Shown piece after piece: positions 41,566 through 42,708 of a stretch of 42,708 bases of DNA (its first letter is position 1; each line of letters begins with the position of its first letter). The stretch is from the NCBI GenBank assembly GCA_042571515.1, contig JBHPHX010000003.1, positions 1-42,708 on the forward strand, read 5' to 3'. A program made the position numbers and the translations under genes. The stretch is from Patescibacteria group bacterium (GTDB taxonomy: Bacteria > Patescibacteriota > WWE3 > UBA101185 > UBA10185). The notes beneath the pieces were generated by a model, which had not been told where the DNA came from, did not search any database, and saw only the letters and a list, made by a program, of their open reading frames with translations.

Positions 41566-41646
41566 GGGGGAGTCTAGTTCGCTTTACTCACTAGCGACCT
41601 CACTTTGTTCGGTCTAATGCTCAGTGGTTGAGCAATCGGACCTTAA
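41566..41646 (+). pseudogene. Pseudo-tRNA-Lys 5' fragment 2 (to the anticodon loop) with a 43-nt insert
   Basis: GGGGGAGT[ctagttcgctttactcactagcgacctcactttgttcggtcta]ATGCTCAGTGGTTGAGCAATCGGACCTTAA, against the real ...GCTCAGTGGTAGAGCAATCGGCTCTTAA. Homology ends in the anticodon loop. Confidence 0.75.
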
Positions 41647-41662
41647 ATTAATTAAGAAACTA

Positions 41663-41737
41663 GGGGGAGTAGCTCAGTGGTAGAGCAATCGGCTCTTAAC
41701 CGATCGGTCGTGGGTTCGAATCCCACCTCCCTCACCA
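41663..41737 (+). tRNA. tRNA-Lys (anticodon CUU), CCA encoded
   Basis: GGGGGAG TA GCTC AGTGGTA GAGC A ATCGG CTCTTAA CCGAT CGGTC GTGGG TTCGAAT CCCAC CTCCCTC A CCA. Confidence 0.9.
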
Positions 41738-41782
41738 ATCTCTAATTTTAACCACAAACAACCTACGTGTTAAAATCAAGGT

Positions 41783-42292
41783 ATGAAGCTAACACTTTAT
41801 ATGGCGATATCTGTAGATGGAAAAATCACTCGAGGTGAAACTGATAGTGATTGGGTATCCGAAACGGACTGGGATCAGTTTTATCAATATGTAACTGGAT
41901 CGGATGCTGTAATAATGGGAAGAAAAACGATGGATCAATTTGAAGGGGACGATTTTCCAATGAAAGGACCTGTAAATATTGTGTTAACAAGGAATAAAAA
42001 TTTACATAACGAAACCGAAACTGAAATAATAAGTGACCGTAGTCCAAAAGAAATAATGGCTCTAGCTAAAGAAAAGGGTTGGGAAAACCTTTTACTTATT
42101 GGTGGCGAAGACATTAATGGTCAGTTCTTAGAAGAAAATCTAATTGATGAGATGGTTCTTAGTGTGCATCCTCTGATAATCGGGGAGGGTTTAACATTAT
42201 TTAGTAAAGATGTTTCTGCAGATTTAGAAAGATTGGGCACAACAGAGCTTGAAGATGGTTTAATACAGGTCAGATATAAAGTTAAAAAGTAA
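41783..42292 (+). CDS. RibD C-terminal domain / dihydrofolate-reductase-like protein
   Basis: 169 aa. MKLTLYMAISVDGKIT N-terminus and LLLIGGEDINGQFLEENLIDEMVLSVHPLIIGEG are typical of the RibD_C/DHFR-like family. ATG lies 6 nt after a TAAAAT box. Confidence 0.75.
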   Translation: MKLTLYMAISVDGKITRGETDSDWVSETDWDQFYQYVTGSDAVIMGRKTMDQFEGDDFPMKGPVNIVLTRNKNLHNETETEIISDRSPKEIMALAKEKGWENLLLIGGEDINGQFLEENLIDEMVLSVHPLIIGEGLTLFSKDVSADLERLGTTELEDGLIQVRYKVKK

Positions 42293-42293
42293 T

Positions 42294-42708
42294 ATGAATC
42301 AAGAAGAAAAATATATAAAACTTGCAATAAAAACAGCAAATGAGAGTGGGTCCGCTATGGGCGCAGTTCTTGTCAAAGATTATAAGGTCGTCGCAGTTGG
42401 AAACCCCCAAGTTAAACAAATAAAGGATCCTACAGCACATGGTGAATGTGTGTGTATGCGTAAAGCTTGTCAAAAACTTGATACTGTAAACCTAACGGGC
42501 TGTACTTTATATACAACTCTAGAGCCCTGCTCTATGTGCTTGGCGTGTGCGTCTTGGTCGAAAGTATCCAAAATAGTTTTCGGGGCGTACCAAGAAGATA
42601 TTCCTCCAAATCCCTATGAGATAACAGACTACCATGCAGAAGAGCATGCGAAAAAGTTGAATCCTCCGATAGAAATAGTTGGGGGAGTTTTAAGAAAAGA
42701 ATGTGCGA
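42294..42708 (+). CDS. CMP/dCMP-type zinc deaminase (TadA/guanine-deaminase-like), 3'-truncated by the window end
   Basis: Open to the window edge, so absent from the track. MNQEEKYIKLAIKTANES...DPTAHGECVCMRKA...TLEPCSMCLACAS carries the H(A/G)E and PCxxC zinc motifs. Confidence 0.8.
   Translation, partial: MNQEEKYIKLAIKTANESGSAMGAVLVKDYKVVAVGNPQVKQIKDPTAHGECVCMRKACQKLDTVNLTGCTLYTTLEPCSMCLACASWSKVSKIVFGAYQEDIPPNPYEITDYHAEEHAKKLNPPIEIVGGVLRKECA

Noticed and set aside
1-42708. Alternative genetic code (UGA recoding, as in some CPR lineages)
   Set aside because: Long conserved genes such as leuS, the ABC ATPase and map read through intact under the standard code, and at least the 5169..7631 and kinase genes end at TGA. 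There is no sign of in-frame TGA within conserved domains.

Overview
AT-rich (roughly mid-30s % GC by eye) bacterial window using the standard genetic code. All family assignments are from motif recognition, because no searches could be run. The gene content suggests a Patescibacteria/CPR-like genome (inference): small housekeeping genes, many polytopic GT-C-type membrane glycosyltransferases, a free-standing LAGLIDADG gene, and many -10 boxes sitting 6-7 nt before start codons.

Layout:
- 1-7.8 kb: glycan synthesis and tailoring operons (GT2, nucleotidyltransferase-like, GT1, P-loop kinase-like, sulfotransferase, SAM methyltransferase, 820-aa membrane protein).
- 7.9-19.2 kb: accessory block built around tRNA-Glu (minus strand) and tRNA-His (plus strand). 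It carries small, mostly unknown genes, including a Cys-rich acidic peptide, a LAGLIDADG endonuclease, an APH-like kinase, HAD, PIG-L, a zinc-ribbon protein and a ParB/DGQHR-like protein. These genes are separated by tRNA-3'-end-like repeats.
- 19.2-25 kb: three more GT-C-like membrane proteins plus a duplicated C-terminal fragment.
- 25-37.5 kb: housekeeping genes (RRM protein, map, SIMPL, SLT, leuS, rpmG, DsbA-like, rsmI, HelD-like helicase, another GT39 paralog, dgkA).
- 37.8-40.7 kb: MacAB-like HlyD/ABC/FtsX efflux operon.
- 41.2-41.7 kb: tRNA-Arg/tRNA-Lys array.
- 41.8 kb to the end: RibD-C/DHFR-like gene and a partial CMP/dCMP-type deaminase gene.

Most unusual observations:
1. All four tRNA genes are flanked by truncated copies of themselves, each interrupted by short GC-rich hairpin inserts.
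2. An array of gene cassettes is punctuated by about 60-nt repeats resembling the tRNA-His 3' end. One repeat carries an exact 30-nt copy of the tRNA-His 3' boundary.
3. Two 151-bp tRNA-Glu-3'-like repeats bracket a small membrane-protein gene.
4. A conserved promoter module directly abuts two of these tRNA-end-like repeats.

No integrase, CRISPR array or rRNA is visible in the window.
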